Of a stretch of DNA of 64,000 nt, positions 20,737 through 30,333 are shown one piece after another. The DNA is from Spirochaetales bacterium (lineage in GTDB: Bacteria > Spirochaetota > Spirochaetia > JAIPGG01): contig JAIPGG010000001.1 in the NCBI GenBank assembly GCA_021736255.1, positions 11,506 to 75,505 of the forward strand, in the 5' to 3' direction. The notes beneath the pieces were generated by a model. The model searched no databases. It saw only the letters and a program-made list of their open reading frames with translations, and had not been told where the DNA came from. How positions within the stretch are numbered: the stretch's first letter is position 1; each line of letters begins with the position of its first letter. The position numbers were made by a program, and so were the translations under genes.

Positions 20737-22266
20737 ATGAAGCGTGTTTCCGGTGCTGCAGCGCGTTTTTTTCTTATCCTCGTCCTGATTGCCGCCGCTT
20801 TTTCGCCGATTGTATCCGCACAAGATTCTTCCTATCCGCTCCTCGAGCCGGGAGGGGTCAGAAATTCGAGTGTAATACTCGGTGATTCCCGGCCTGCCTA
20901 TCAGACATTCCGTTTTGTGGTGCCGGATACGGCGGTGGGAATACGCGTCAGTCTTCAAGGATCCCGGGGCGATTTGGACCTCTTTGCCAAACACGGAGCG
21001 GAGATCACGTCCTATTCGGATGTGGACGCGGGCAGCGAAACAGATCTCTTTAATGAAGAACTGGTAATCATGGGTTTTGGGGATGGTACATTGAAAAGCG
21101 GTGGGTACTTTCTCGATGTTGCCTATCAACTCGAATCGCCTCCTGTGGAGGAGGGGACACAGCTCGGCCAGGTACCGTTCTCGATAAGGTATGAAGTTAT
21201 GGAACCCGCGGTTGAAGATCTCGGCGGCCGCATCAAAGAGGCTGAACCATCGGCAGGCGGGATTGTCGTTCCGGTAGAGGGAACCCTCGATCCGGAACAG
21301 GGAATGGCTGCCGTTTACCGTCTTTTTCTTCCTGCCGACGCAGAAGATCTCCGTATTGATCTGTACGATACCTACACGGATTGTGATCTTTTTCTCGGGT
21401 TCGAGGGGCCGGTATATCGGCACCTTACAGCCGACCTTCGTTCTGAGTCATTTGCCGCCACAGAATCATTACATGTCTCTCTGGTGCCGGGCAGAAAGAA
21501 GATGGCTTGGATCACTGTCACCGATCAGGTGAGCCGGGAGATTCCGCAGAGGTTTCAGCTCCTGCTCAGTTTTCGAAAGGACCCTCCGTCCAGGCTGCGC
21601 CAAAACACCCATTTCCCTGAAACGGATAATCCTCTCGAGCAGGCACTGCTTGCTACCGTAGAGCTGGTGGGAAACAACGGGACGGGGTCCGGCTGCATAA
21701 TCGGCAAAGAGGGCCTTATTCTCACCAACAGGCATGTGATCCTCTCGGGCGACGGAAGTATCCCGGAGCAGGTGATAGTAGGAGTTAATCTCGACAGGAG
21801 GAGACCGGCGGCCGAGCGATTTCTTGCCGAGGTACTCGAGTGTGATGAGGCCGCTGATCTGGCGCTTCTGAGGGTTGTCTCGGACCGCTATGGTTTCGCT
21901 CTTCCGGAAGGGCTGCGTTTTCCCGCCTTCGATTTCGGGAAACCGGAAGAGGTTGCTATTGGTGACAGACTGGTTGCCTTCGGTTATCCTGATATCGGAG
22001 GAAGCGGTTCACGGACCTCAATAACCTTTTCGCGGGGAGTTGTGAGCGGGTATGATCGTGTGGCGGCGGGAGTGATCTTGAAAACCGATGCGGAAATCAA
22101 CAGTGGAAGTTCAGGAGGAGCGGCTTGCACCGGGGATTTTAAACTCATCGGCCTTCCTACCTCTATCATCGGCCAGGATTCCGGGCAGATTGCCTATATT
22201 CATCCGGTCTCGTTGATACCCGAGGTGTGGCGGGAAAAATACAATCTGGGCCCCGATACCCGTTAA
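20737..22266 (+). CDS. Secreted trypsin-like (S1) serine protease with N-terminal PPC-like domains
   Basis: Signal peptide, two GDLDLF/TDCDLF PPC-like modules, catalytic triad ILTNRHV, DLALL, INSGSSGG. Confidence 0.85.
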   Translation: MKRVSGAAARFFLILVLIAAAFSPIVSAQDSSYPLLEPGGVRNSSVILGDSRPAYQTFRFVVPDTAVGIRVSLQGSRGDLDLFAKHGAEITSYSDVDAGSETDLFNEELVIMGFGDGTLKSGGYFLDVAYQLESPPVEEGTQLGQVPFSIRYEVMEPAVEDLGGRIKEAEPSAGGIVVPVEGTLDPEQGMAAVYRLFLPADAEDLRIDLYDTYTDCDLFLGFEGPVYRHLTADLRSESFAATESLHVSLVPGRKKMAWITVTDQVSREIPQRFQLLLSFRKDPPSRLRQNTHFPETDNPLEQALLATVELVGNNGTGSGCIIGKEGLILTNRHVILSGDGSIPEQVIVGVNLDRRRPAAERFLAEVLECDEAADLALLRVVSDRYGFALPEGLRFPAFDFGKPEEVAIGDRLVAFGYPDIGGSGSRTSITFSRGVVSGYDRVAAGVILKTDAEINSGSSGGAACTGDFKLIGLPTSIIGQDSGQIAYIHPVSLIPEVWREKYNLGPDTR

Positions 22267-22293
22267 TTCGGAACGTTGTGAAGAGGAGGAGAT

Positions 22294-23658
22294 GTGAACA
22301 GCCGTGTGGTACTAAATCAGCAGCTGCTGCCCCTTATACGGGAGATGATTCAAAACGCCTGCGTCAACGAGGGCTCCCCTGAATCCGGAAACGAGATACG
22401 ATCTGCCTCAACCCTCGAGCGATTCTTTTCTGCCTATGGGATCGAATGTGAAATACTCAGTCCGATTCCGAATCGGGCCAATCTCCTGGTTCGGATTCCT
22501 GGAAGAGATCCGATGGCACCTTCCCTGATGTTCATGGGGCACATGGATGTTGTGCCGGCTAATTCCGAACGGTGGTCGGTTGATCCCTTTGCTGCAGAGG
22601 TCCACGACGATTATCTTTACGGGCGAGGAACCCTGGACATGTTGAACATCACCGCTTCTGCAGCGGTCGGCCTGGCAGAGTATGTAAAGGAAAACGGACG
22701 GGGAGAGGGCGACCTTTTGTACCTAGCCCTTGCAGACGAAGAGGCGATGGGGAACTACGGCGCCCGCTGGCTTGTGGAGAATCACTGGTCCAAGGTTCAG
22801 ACGGATTATATGGTTACCGAGCTGGGAGGATTCTTCGTGGATACTGCAGCCGGTCCGGCCGCAACGGTTACCATCGGAGAAAAAGGGCTTGCCTGGACGC
22901 GAGTCAGTTTGAGCGGAACCGCTGGGCACGGGAGCCTTCCATACGGGACAAAAAATGCTGCCGAAGCGGTGTCCAGGGCACTTTTGTCGATCTACCGGAA
23001 AAAGAGTAAGCGGTATACCGGCTCTGAATATCTGCGTATGGCGGATTCCTTTGCCTCGAGTCCGTTCGAGCGTTTTCTCCTGCATCATCGAGCTACCCTG
23101 GACTGGGGAATCAAACGGGTGGCCCGTCGTGATATGGGTGCGGCCAGGTTTCTTCATGCCGCTTCACGAATGACCATGAGCGCGAATGTGGTACAGGCTG
23201 GGAACAAGGTCAATGTTATTGCGGACCAGGGGGAGTTTCAGGTCGATGTCCGGCTGCTGCCGGGACAGGGTGTGGAACAGGTTCAGAGAAACCTGTCGAA
23301 AGCAGTCGAGAAGGAAGACCCGGAAGCACAGATCGAATTTCTCGATTTCTTTCCAGCAAACCTGTCCGACCAGAACACGCCTTTGATGAAAGCGATTCGA
23401 AGCCTGACCCGGCAAGCCTTTGAAGGGTGTGAGCTGGTTCCCCTATACATCGGCGGGGTGACCGACGGCAGGTTCTGGCGACAGCGCGGTACGGTTGTCT
23501 ATGGGTTCACCCACTACGACAAGGAAATGTCTATGTCCGCCTATGCGGCCGGTTTGCACGGAGTGGATGAACGGGTCTCCCTCGGCAGCCTCGAGCATTC
23601 ACTGCGTTTTTTTTATCAGCTGCCGGAGGCTTTCTCTAAAGCGGTTGCCGGAAAATAG
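22294..23658 (+). CDS. M20/M25/M40 family metallo-hydrolase
   Basis: GHMDVVP, YGRGTLDM, ADEEA, GHGS, GVTDGR, HGVDER. Confidence 0.9.
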   Translation: MNSRVVLNQQLLPLIREMIQNACVNEGSPESGNEIRSASTLERFFSAYGIECEILSPIPNRANLLVRIPGRDPMAPSLMFMGHMDVVPANSERWSVDPFAAEVHDDYLYGRGTLDMLNITASAAVGLAEYVKENGRGEGDLLYLALADEEAMGNYGARWLVENHWSKVQTDYMVTELGGFFVDTAAGPAATVTIGEKGLAWTRVSLSGTAGHGSLPYGTKNAAEAVSRALLSIYRKKSKRYTGSEYLRMADSFASSPFERFLLHHRATLDWGIKRVARRDMGAARFLHAASRMTMSANVVQAGNKVNVIADQGEFQVDVRLLPGQGVEQVQRNLSKAVEKEDPEAQIEFLDFFPANLSDQNTPLMKAIRSLTRQAFEGCELVPLYIGGVTDGRFWRQRGTVVYGFTHYDKEMSMSAYAAGLHGVDERVSLGSLEHSLRFFYQLPEAFSKAVAGK

Positions 23659-23696
23659 GCCGTGACCTGAAAGAAGGCCGGCTGGTTTTTCAACCC

Positions 23697-24299
23697 TCAA
23701 CCGCCGTTGCCGTACATATTTTTCAGCTCGTCCTTGATCTGTTCTACCACCTGGTTGTATTGGCCCTCGAGCTGGGATTGGTGATGGTGCAGGGCCGAGG
23801 CGAATTCAGGATCCTGTTCCGGATCAAGTTTTATCTGACTCCCGGTCTGGCGGGCTATCTGCTCTTCCTTTTGTTTGAGCTTGCCCTGGTACTGTTGTGC
23901 CAGCTGCTGTTTGAGCTGCTCACGGTTTTGGAGGTACTGCTCGAAAAGCTGGCGAAGCTGGGGAAATATTTGTTTGATCGCCCCTTTGTTTGTAAAGAGG
24001 TAACTGAATCCTGTTTCCAGAGATCCCAGCCGTTCGAGCTGATCTTCGCTGGTAGGAAGTTGAAGATAGGTCATCAGAGTATCGAAAAAGGAATCCTTCA
24101 GCCAGGAAAGTTCTTTCCCTTTGTATTCCTTGAAGGTCTCTTTGATTTCTTTTTCCGATGTCTCCGTATCATTGATGAGCTTAGAAGCAATCTTTTTTCC
24201 TACCTGTTTTACTTCGTGAGCCCGGAGAGCTTCCGGATCACCATTGATTGACTCTGTTCGTTCCAGAGCAATCTCAAGAGCTGATTTGATGCGTCCCAT
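23697..24299 (-). CDS. Conserved coiled-coil protein (DUF6657-like)
   Basis: MGRIKSALEIALERT N-terminus recalled as DUF6657. Start is coupled to the upstream stop (TGATG). Confidence 0.65.
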   Translation of the reverse strand: MGRIKSALEIALERTESINGDPEALRAHEVKQVGKKIASKLINDTETSEKEIKETFKEYKGKELSWLKDSFFDTLMTYLQLPTSEDQLERLGSLETGFSYLFTNKGAIKQIFPQLRQLFEQYLQNREQLKQQLAQQYQGKLKQKEEQIARQTGSQIKLDPEQDPEFASALHHHQSQLEGQYNQVVEQIKDELKNMYGNGG

Positions 24300-24961
24300 C
24301 AGTTTACTCCCTCTTTCTGTGATTTCGAATAATTTGCTGTTATCAATTCCGATTCGGTGCAGATATACTCTACCCGGTGGTCCCACGGCGTTGTAGGGAC
24401 CTGTTCGACCAGCAGCTCGCTTGGGCATACCCCTACAATCCGGGCATCCGCTTTTGCGAGGCGGGAAAGGTACCGGTCGTAATAACTCTTTCCCCGTCCC
24501 AACCTGCGGCCGCTGGAGTCGAATGCCAAACCGGGAACAAGAACCAGAAGTTTCCGGCTGTCCGTCCTCGGGTCGAAGCGGGGTGAGCCGGCCGGGGGTT
24601 CATACATTCCGTAGGGGTGCTGTTCGAACCCGTCCCGTCCCGATTCGATGAGGTGATACTCCATGTGCCCCTGCGGATGATCAGCTGTGCGAGGGTAGGC
24701 AACAGCCTTTCCTCTCTCTTCGAGACGGTTCAGCAAGGGGCGTAGGGAAATTTCATGTCCCATAGCAGAGTAGCCAAGAATCAATTCGGCTTCTTCGACG
24801 AGCCGGGAGCGGAAAAGATTTTGAGAAAGCTTCCGGCTTCTCTCGGCCAGCTCCTCCCCACTCATTGACTGAATCTTTTGCTGCATCTGCCGGCGGAGTT
24901 CTGCCTTCTGCCTGCACAGATTTTCGAGATCAGAGGTGCAGGGGTCCTGTTCAGGTATCAT
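24299..24961 (-). CDS. 5-formyltetrahydrofolate cyclo-ligase
   Basis: KAELR, YPR, GMYEP, LVPGLAFDSSGRRLGRGKSYYDRYL, PWD. ATG at 24961 overlaps the upstream gene end. Confidence 0.9.
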   Translation of the reverse strand: MIPEQDPCTSDLENLCRQKAELRRQMQQKIQSMSGEELAERSRKLSQNLFRSRLVEEAELILGYSAMGHEISLRPLLNRLEERGKAVAYPRTADHPQGHMEYHLIESGRDGFEQHPYGMYEPPAGSPRFDPRTDSRKLLVLVPGLAFDSSGRRLGRGKSYYDRYLSRLAKADARIVGVCPSELLVEQVPTTPWDHRVEYICTESELITANYSKSQKEGVN

Positions 24962-25322
24962 CAGGATCCTCCTGTCCGTGATCGATAGTGAAGGACCTGT
25001 CGGTATTCGACTGATCTTCATTCTGCTCGTCGGAATCCTGTCCCCGTTCAACGGAAAAGGGCATTTCCCGGCTTTCCTCGTTCTCCGGCTCGGAACTGCG
25101 TTCTTCGATCAGGGAAACAGTCTGAAAGGGAAGCATAACATGGTCCGCCCGTCCGAAGATTTTCCGGACATCGTCTTCCGAGGGATCAATAATGAGCCCC
25201 TGTCCCGTAGGCAGGACCAGATCCCGAATCGAAACGAAATAGGGATGGGTCAAATCCAGGCTGCGGGCCTTGAGGGTCATTTCTTTTTCTTTCCACGTGA
25301 AATGTACAACGTAAAGTGACAC
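24951..25322 (-). CDS. DUF1820-like small protein
   Basis: LYVVHF...LKARSL...YFVSIRDL...IIDPSED...FG...MLPFQTVSLIEE with an acidic tail. Confidence 0.6.
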   Translation of the reverse strand: MSLYVVHFTWKEKEMTLKARSLDLTHPYFVSIRDLVLPTGQGLIIDPSEDDVRKIFGRADHVMLPFQTVSLIEERSSEPENEESREMPFSVERGQDSDEQNEDQSNTDRSFTIDHGQEDPDDT

Positions 25323-25426
25323 AATTCAGCCTACTCTCTTGAGGGGGCGCTCGTCAATGAGTATGATAGGCGCGAGTGATTCAACAGTGTAGTACAGACT
25401 GCGCTAAAACCGGAGAGGGGGAAGCT

Positions 25427-25993
25427 ATGTATAAAGGGGAACTCGATTTGAAACGCTGGGGTATGTGGGCCATATTCCTTTCGGTTGCCACAATGATTCT
25501 GGGACAGATAATTCTTTATTTCAGTGACTTCACCGGTTTTCAGGTACCTCTGATACTTGCTTATGGCTTTCTCCTAGTTGTGGTAGTTACGGTGGTAATT
25601 ACCATGATATGGCACTACAAGAACTGGTCAATACTCCCGGAAAATCTCAGGGCAACCACACCGGGGCGAGCCGTCGGTTTTTTGTTTATCCCCATCTTCA
25701 ACTTTTATTGGATTTTTGTTTCCTTTGTCGGTCTGTGGAAGGGCTTGAACCGGTATGCTCCTGATGTTGTAGGGCCGCGATGGGAACCACTGCCGCTGCT
25801 AGTACCGAAAGCAATGAACATACTTGCGCTGATCAGCTTGATTCTGCCGAAGGTGCCCATTCTGACTGCTGCTCTTCAGATGTTGACGGGCGTACTCGCC
25901 CTTTCCTATCTTTTGATCACGCACAACCGGATCAAACTCGTCTGGGTCTATTCGGTTCAGATACCACGGAAGACTGAAAGAGAGAGCGATTAA
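25427..25993 (+). CDS. Hypothetical membrane protein (DUF4328-like)
   Basis: TPGRAVGFLFIPIFNFYWIF motif, about 5 TM segments, GGAGAGGGG SD. Confidence 0.6.
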   Translation: MYKGELDLKRWGMWAIFLSVATMILGQIILYFSDFTGFQVPLILAYGFLLVVVVTVVITMIWHYKNWSILPENLRATTPGRAVGFLFIPIFNFYWIFVSFVGLWKGLNRYAPDVVGPRWEPLPLLVPKAMNILALISLILPKVPILTAALQMLTGVLALSYLLITHNRIKLVWVYSVQIPRKTERESD

Positions 25994-26814
25994 ACCCGTT
26001 GTAAAACGTAGGCCCGGTACTGCATCGAGCCGTCTGCAAAAGAGTTGTATCGGCGCGAATGCTGCACCCCTGCAAATTCCCGGGCCGAATTGCTCAAAAG
26101 GCCGGGAGTTTTGCTCGAAATGAGCCCGGCCCGCCGTTCGCTGTCCTGGTCCAGGGCGAGAACAACGTTCTGAGAGATGTCCTCTTCCCGAATAATCCGG
26201 AACCCGCTCTCTTCGAGCCGTTGATTGAGTGTGGGCAGTTCGTCCGGCTGCCGCATATCCGCAAATAAAAGATAGCCTCCCGGCTTGAGAACCCGGTGGA
26301 CTTCACGGAAGAACTGCAAACGATCCGAATAACAGCGGGAGGACTCGATGTTGATAACCCGCTCAAAACTCCCGTCCGGAAAGGGGAGTGATTCCGCTCG
26401 GCCGGTGGTGAAAGACAATCCCGGCACATTATGGTGAGTGTTGCAAAAGGCTATTACCCGTTTGGACACATCGAGTCCCACATAGGACTCAGGATGAAGA
26501 TAGCGGGCAAGATAGGAAGCACCGCCCCCCCGGCCGCAGCCGACCTCGAGGACATTCCGATCGGAGATACCCGCCTCTTCAATGCCGTGGCCGGCGGCGA
26601 CGTGGTGATAGAGCTGAATGCTGACACGGTTGGTCTCGTCCCGTTCATGCAGGGCCGGTTGGTTTTGGGTTCCGTCCAACGGCTGATAGCCGTAATTCAT
26701 GAAGGTAATCTCGACACCCTGATCCTTTTTGATCAGCAGGGAATGAAGAAACTGCCATAGCGGACGCCGAAGAAACGACGGTAATTCGCAATATCTGTAT
26801 ACAACGTTAAACAT
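25990..26814 (-). CDS. Class I SAM-dependent methyltransferase
   Basis: FMNYGY, IQLYHHV, VLEVGCGRGGG, LPFPDGSF, NIESSRCY, RVLKPGG. Confidence 0.88.
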   Translation of the reverse strand: MFNVVYRYCELPSFLRRPLWQFLHSLLIKKDQGVEITFMNYGYQPLDGTQNQPALHERDETNRVSIQLYHHVAAGHGIEEAGISDRNVLEVGCGRGGGASYLARYLHPESYVGLDVSKRVIAFCNTHHNVPGLSFTTGRAESLPFPDGSFERVINIESSRCYSDRLQFFREVHRVLKPGGYLLFADMRQPDELPTLNQRLEESGFRIIREEDISQNVVLALDQDSERRAGLISSKTPGLLSNSAREFAGVQHSRRYNSFADGSMQYRAYVLQRV

Positions 26815-26889
26815 ACGATTATACTATAATCAAGAAAATGAGCAACTGCAAGTTCCGTTTGGAAGTGCCGAATCGGGAAAGGAGAAAAA

Positions 26890-28173
26890 ATGCGTTTTGA
26901 TATGATGCATCCGCGAGATCAGATTGTTTCCTTTATGAAAAGAATCTATGGATACGGAATGACCACTACATCCGGTGGAAACCTCTCTATTATGGATGAA
27001 AACGGGGACATTTGGATTACGCCGGGAAGTGTTGATAAGGGATCCCTCAGGCCGGATGATATCGTCCGAGTGACACCCGACGGAACGGTGCACGGCAGAC
27101 GTAAGCCTTCTTCGGAATTCCCTTTCCACCAGGCTATATACCGGGCCCGGCCGGATGTGCACGCTGTGGTCCATGGCCATCCTCCGGCTCTGGTCTCTTT
27201 CAGTATTGTCCGCCGGATACCTGATACCAGGATCCTCCCGAAATCCCGGCAGATTTGCGGAGAGGTCGGCTTTGCCCCCTATGCTGTTCCTGGAAGCGAG
27301 GAGCTTGGAAAAAATATTTCCGAAACCTTTGAAAAGGGACACGATACCGTGCTGTTGGAAAACCATGGAATAGCCTGCAGCGGCAAGACGCTTCACCAGG
27401 CTTTCCAACGTTTTGAAACCCTGGATTTCTGTGCCCGCCTGATCATCCAGTCCCGTCAACTAGGGAGTCCGCAGGTGCTTAGCCAAGAGCAGCTGAATTT
27501 TATCAAAGGAGACTCTCACCTGCTGCCGGAGATTGACATAGAAAAGCGTTCCGGGAGGGAGCTCGAACTGCGGAAAGAGCTGGTAAAATTCATCCATCGT
27601 GCTTACCAGCAGATGCTTATCACCAGTACGGAAGGGACCTTTTCCGCCAGGATTTCGGACGACGAATTTTTAATAACCCCCTATGGGCTCGACCGCTATG
27701 AACTCGATCCTTCGGATTTTGTACTGATCAGAAATCTGAAACGGGAAAGGGGGAAGGTACCGAGCAGGTCCGTTCTGCTTCATCAAGAGATCTACCGGAG
27801 GCAGCCGGAAATAAACGCCGTAGTCATTGCTCATCCTACAAATGTTATGGCCTTCGGGATTTCCGGTGTACACTTCGATACAAGGACGATTCCGGAGAGC
27901 TATCTCTTTCTGCGGGACATTCCCTCGGTCCCTTACGGTACCCAGTACAAGGAACGGGAATGGGTTGCCGGCAAGATATCCCCCGAATCCCCGTTAATGA
28001 TAATTGAAAACGATGCGCTTATTACCTCAGGAAAGAGTTTGCTGCAGGCCTTTGATCTATTAGAGGTGGCTGAATACTCGGCTAAGTCGGTGGTTTTTGC
28101 ACAGCATCTGGGAGAAGTAAAAAAAATAAGCGATGAACAGGCTCAGCAGCTTGAGGATGCGTTCTGGTCCTGA
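26890..28173 (+). CDS. Class II aldolase/adducin family protein with two tandem domains (fuculose-1-P aldolase-like)
   Basis: TTSGGNLS...ITPG...PSSEFPFH...VVHGHP...LLENHG. Second copy TSTEGTFS...ITPYG...PSRSVLLH...VIAHP...IIENDA. Confidence 0.9.
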   Translation: MRFDMMHPRDQIVSFMKRIYGYGMTTTSGGNLSIMDENGDIWITPGSVDKGSLRPDDIVRVTPDGTVHGRRKPSSEFPFHQAIYRARPDVHAVVHGHPPALVSFSIVRRIPDTRILPKSRQICGEVGFAPYAVPGSEELGKNISETFEKGHDTVLLENHGIACSGKTLHQAFQRFETLDFCARLIIQSRQLGSPQVLSQEQLNFIKGDSHLLPEIDIEKRSGRELELRKELVKFIHRAYQQMLITSTEGTFSARISDDEFLITPYGLDRYELDPSDFVLIRNLKRERGKVPSRSVLLHQEIYRRQPEINAVVIAHPTNVMAFGISGVHFDTRTIPESYLFLRDIPSVPYGTQYKEREWVAGKISPESPLMIIENDALITSGKSLLQAFDLLEVAEYSAKSVVFAQHLGEVKKISDEQAQQLEDAFWS

Positions 28174-28184
28174 AGAAAAAAATA

Positions 28185-28272
28185 CGGAGAGAGGGGGATT
28201 CGAACCCCCGGTACCCCGGAGGGTACACCTGATTTCGAGTCAGGCACGTTCGACCAGCTCCGTCATCTCTCC
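28185..28272 (-). tRNA. tRNA-Ser(CGA)
   Basis: Reverse complement GGAGAGATG...CCTGA-CT-CGA-AA-TCAGG, long variable arm, GGGGGTTCGAATCCCCC, TCTCTCCG. CCA not encoded. Confidence 0.95.
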
Positions 28273-28336
28273 GTTTCTTTCGGGCCAGTATACACAAAGG
28301 TGAGCGATCTTTCCAGAGGGAAGGAAGGAGTTTTTT

Positions 28337-28500
28337 ATGAGCTATACCGATTCTTCGAAAGCAGTTTCAGGTGGAAAGGCCCTCGAGGGCATCCGCATCT
28401 TCGACCTTATATCTCAATGGTTGACGGGCTGGAGGTCCTGATGGACGTACTGGGAATGGACCGGGAAGAGGCGGAAAAAGCTGCCGACAGCATCGCCTAG
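28337..28500 (+). pseudogene. Probable remnant of a family III (CaiB/BaiF) CoA-transferase
   Basis: Strong SD AAGGAAGGAG, then ATG...KALEGIRIFDL (CaiB-type N-terminus) stopping at about 28441. A second frame gives EVLMDVLGMDREEAEK, resembling the CaiB C-terminus. Confidence 0.5.
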
Positions 28501-28556
28501 GCAGAGGAGTTATTTGTCGATTAACGTTCCACGTTCGCGGAGGATTCCACAAAAAA

Positions 28557-30104
28557 TTACCGATCCCTGGTGTACTCCACGAGTTTTCGGGATTCACTCT
28601 TCAGGGCATTGTAGGTTGCCTCGTATTGCCGCACGAACTCCTGGTAGTAGGCCGTCTTATCCCTGTCGGGCTGGATCGTTTTATTGATGCGTACCATTGC
28701 TTCCGCCGCCTTGTAAAGATCCGGGTAAATTCCTGCCGCTACCGATGCGCATATGGCGCTCCCGAGAGAGACCGCTTGTTGTTCCTCGGGGATGGTAATG
28801 GGTTTTCCGGTTACATCGGCGTGTATTTTCATCCACAGATCGCTTTGTGTAGCTCCCCCGCAGGTAATAATCTCGTCGATATGAAAACCCTCGTCTTCCA
28901 TTCTCTTGAGAATCACATTGGTGCCGTAGACTACTCCCTCCATAATGGCGCGGAAGATATGAGCCGGACCGTGTTTTAAGGTGAGCCCGCGAATGACGCC
29001 ACGGCTGTTTGGATCGATCCAGGGTGTACGGTTTCCCTGCCAGTGCTCTAGGACCAGAAGCCCTTCTGAGCCGGGTGGAAGCTCTTCTGCCCGTTCGTTG
29101 AGGATAGTATAAACCGAAACATTCCGTTTCTCCGCCTCTTCCTTGATTTCGGAGGAGAGGAAGTTATGAACGAACCAGTTGATGATCGATCCGGTTGAGA
29201 TTTGTCCCGCTTCAACCACCTGTACTCCCGGTACGATCGCATCCGGAAAGCTCCCGAATATGCCTTGTGCATGGATCTCTTTGTCGGAAAGGCCTATGTG
29301 GAGCTGAGAAGATCCGGTAATTATGGCGAGCTTGCCCGGTTTGAGGGCGTTTACTCCGATCACTCCGATATAGGCGTCAGCTCCTCCTGCTGCTACAGGA
29401 ATGCCGGCCGGAAGCCCTGTTTTTTCGGCAGCTTCTTTCGTTACCCTGCCGGCTGTTTCGCTGAGCGGCAAAACCCGAGAGGGCAGTTTTTCGAAGACCT
29501 CTTCTATCCCTATTTTCTCGTACAGGTCCTTTGGAAAGCCTCCGGCAGAATTGTTGTAAAACCAGCGAACAGAGGTGGTGTTTATGTTGGCTGTTATCTC
29601 GCCGGTCAGGCGATAGGTGATCCAATCAGTGTGTTCAAATATTGTATGTGCTTTATTATATACCTCGGGTTCGTTTCGCTTAACCCAGAGGACCTTGCAG
29701 GGGAACCATTCAGGCGAGAGGTTGCCGTAACCGATATAGGCTAAAGCGGGACTGTCGACGGCAGCAATATCTTCGGCCTCTTTCGTGGCCCGTATGTCCA
29801 TCCACATTATAGCATCTCGAAGCGGTTTTCCCGCTTTGTCGAGCATGATTACCGTGCAGCTGGTGCCGTCCAATCCGATTCCCTCTATTTCGGAGGGGTC
29901 TATAAATGAACCGCTAATGGCATTGCGGATTGCTTCGATGAGAGATTTGTCCCATTCAGCAACCGATTGCTCGGCCCAACCGGGATTTCGATGGATATTT
30001 TTATTGGCTGAAGTAGCGAAATTCAGGCACCGACCGGTTTCATCATATATCCCTGCGCGGATGCTCTCGGTGCCTGCATCAATTCCAAGTACGTAACGCG
30101 ACAT
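28557..30104 (-). CDS. FGGY-family carbohydrate kinase (ribulokinase/pentulose kinase-like)
   Basis: LGIDAGTESIR, IGLDGTSCT, IMWMDIRA, GGADA, WQGNRTP, CGGATQSDLWMKIHADVTG. Confidence 0.92.
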   Translation of the reverse strand: MSRYVLGIDAGTESIRAGIYDETGRCLNFATSANKNIHRNPGWAEQSVAEWDKSLIEAIRNAISGSFIDPSEIEGIGLDGTSCTVIMLDKAGKPLRDAIMWMDIRATKEAEDIAAVDSPALAYIGYGNLSPEWFPCKVLWVKRNEPEVYNKAHTIFEHTDWITYRLTGEITANINTTSVRWFYNNSAGGFPKDLYEKIGIEEVFEKLPSRVLPLSETAGRVTKEAAEKTGLPAGIPVAAGGADAYIGVIGVNALKPGKLAIITGSSQLHIGLSDKEIHAQGIFGSFPDAIVPGVQVVEAGQISTGSIINWFVHNFLSSEIKEEAEKRNVSVYTILNERAEELPPGSEGLLVLEHWQGNRTPWIDPNSRGVIRGLTLKHGPAHIFRAIMEGVVYGTNVILKRMEDEGFHIDEIITCGGATQSDLWMKIHADVTGKPITIPEEQQAVSLGSAICASVAAGIYPDLYKAAEAMVRINKTIQPDRDKTAYYQEFVRQYEATYNALKSESRKLVEYTRDR

Positions 30105-30333
30105 GACTTCCTCCTCTTGTTTGTATTTGCTTTATGGTTTTTCATGCCTTTGTCTATTTCCTTTCGACTGTCATGTCGAATAAGTATAACACGGCTTTTT
30201 TGTTCAGGCTAATAAGTTTGAGGAGCCTTGGGGAACATTGGGGGCAGTCCGGAGTTGAGCTGGTGCAGGAGGTATTACCTTGACGGCTGCACAAGGGGGT
30301 TCTATAAAAAGAAGCAGGGGTGAAGGAGCAATT

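Noticed and set aside
24951..25400. 6S RNA upstream of the 5-formyl-THF cyclo-ligase
   Set aside because: The cyclo-ligase start overlaps the upstream CDS and the next intergenic gap is about 100 bp, too short, with no long hairpin.
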